Shown: positions 63,507-64,000 of the stretch, one piece after another | How the letters are laid out: each line of letters starts with the position of its first letter | Position numbering within the stretch: position 1 is the first letter of the stretch | The notes under the pieces: model-generated | The model's input: the letters and a program-made list of their open reading frames with translations, nothing else | Database searches by the model: none | What the model was told of the DNA's origin: nothing | Program-made: the position numbers and the translations under genes | IMG/VR virus record: IMGVR_UViG_3300033076_000593 | Coordinates: 3,719 to 67,718 of that record | Direction: 5' to 3' (one strand) | Length of the DNA stretch: 64,000 bases | Source of the DNA: a virus | Lineage: Duplodnaviria; Caudoviricetes

Positions 63507-63663
63507 GCCAACTGCGGTTCAATGGTTAATTAAAGAATTGAAAGATTTGGGTTACTATACCTACAATTTGGAAAAATTGTGTGAACAAGCCAAGCAAATG
63601 GAGAAGGAGCAGATTATTGATGCCTATAAAAGCGCAACATTACAACTACTAAAAACTAAATAA
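63499..63663 (+). CDS. TAVQWL-family small protein
   Basis: MSKPTAVQWL..QAKQMEKEQIIDAY. Confidence 0.7.
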   Translation: MSKPTAVQWLIKELKDLGYYTYNLEKLCEQAKQMEKEQIIDAYKSATLQLLKTK

Positions 63664-63665
63664 GT

Positions 63666-63824
63666 ATGATTTGGTCACCATTTATTAGTATGCTCCTTAA
63701 TAGTACGCTCCTTAAAAGGAAAAAATCTAAACAGAAAGATACCCCCAAAATTAGTAAGTTAGTTGAAGAACTAAACGAAATGGGGTTTATGGAGGCTTTA
63801 AGAAATGTTAAAAAGAAAAACTAA
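63666..63824 (+). CDS. 52-aa basic hypothetical protein
   Basis: Read by eye. Confidence 0.45.
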   Translation: MIWSPFISMLLNSTLLKRKKSKQKDTPKISKLVEELNEMGFMEALRNVKKKN

Positions 63825-63829
63825 AAATT

Positions 63830-64000
63830 ATGGAAAAGAAACAAAGTAGTATAGATTGGTTGATTGAAGAAATCAACAAACAAAAGGCTTGGGCTGACCC
63901 TTCAAAGTTAGAACCGATTATTCAACAAGCCAAAGCAATGCACAAGGAGGAGATGAAAGAAATGTATTTGAAAGGTATAAAAAACTATGACCCAAAATTT
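63830..64000 (+). CDS. QSSIDWL-family protein, truncated by the window end
   Basis: MEKKQSSIDWL..QAKAMHKEEMKEMY. Confidence 0.7.
   Translation, partial: MEKKQSSIDWLIEEINKQKAWADPSKLEPIIQQAKAMHKEEMKEMYLKGIKNYDPKF

Noticed and set aside
1-64000. CRISPR array, DGR, integrase or IS element
   Set aside because: No regularly spaced repeats with unique spacers, no reverse transcriptase, and no recombinase or transposase motifs were seen.
1-64000. Stop-codon reassignment as in some crAss-like phages
   Set aside because: Very long ORFs stay open in the standard code, and TAA, TAG and TGA all end genes at tight junctions.

Overview
This 64 kb window is most of a lytic tailed dsDNA phage genome. The host is almost certainly Bacteroidota, because TAnnTTTG promoters recur at operon starts on both strands and genes have A-rich leaders without Shine-Dalgarno sequences. 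Layout: (1) 1-5115, an early/host-takeover region of small genes, containing a well-formed type I hammerhead ribozyme just upstream of a T3-type SAM-lyase-like gene, a SAM-I-like structured RNA and a truncated tRNA-like element; (2) 5235-9867, RecT, YqaJ exonuclease, a spanin-like pair, GroES and RusA; (3) 10949-51704 on the minus strand, a crAss-like/P22-like podovirus morphogenesis block (tail fibre, holins, endolysin, ferritin, a 4518-aa polyvalent ejection protein, pilot proteins, muzzle, three rings, MCP, scaffold, portal, TerL, TerS); (4) 51872-57676, replication (initiator with internal iterons and a kissing-hairpin leader, primase-helicase, DnaA-C protein, MazG-like enzymes); (5) 57669-59514, small basic proteins; (6) 59582-64000, a Tad1-like anti-Thoeris gene amid several structured RNAs and an aberrant tRNA, then a paralog-rich gene cassette array. 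All calls come from reading motifs and base-pairing by eye. Family motifs are recalled from memory, no searches were run, and domain boundaries inside the giant protein are approximate.
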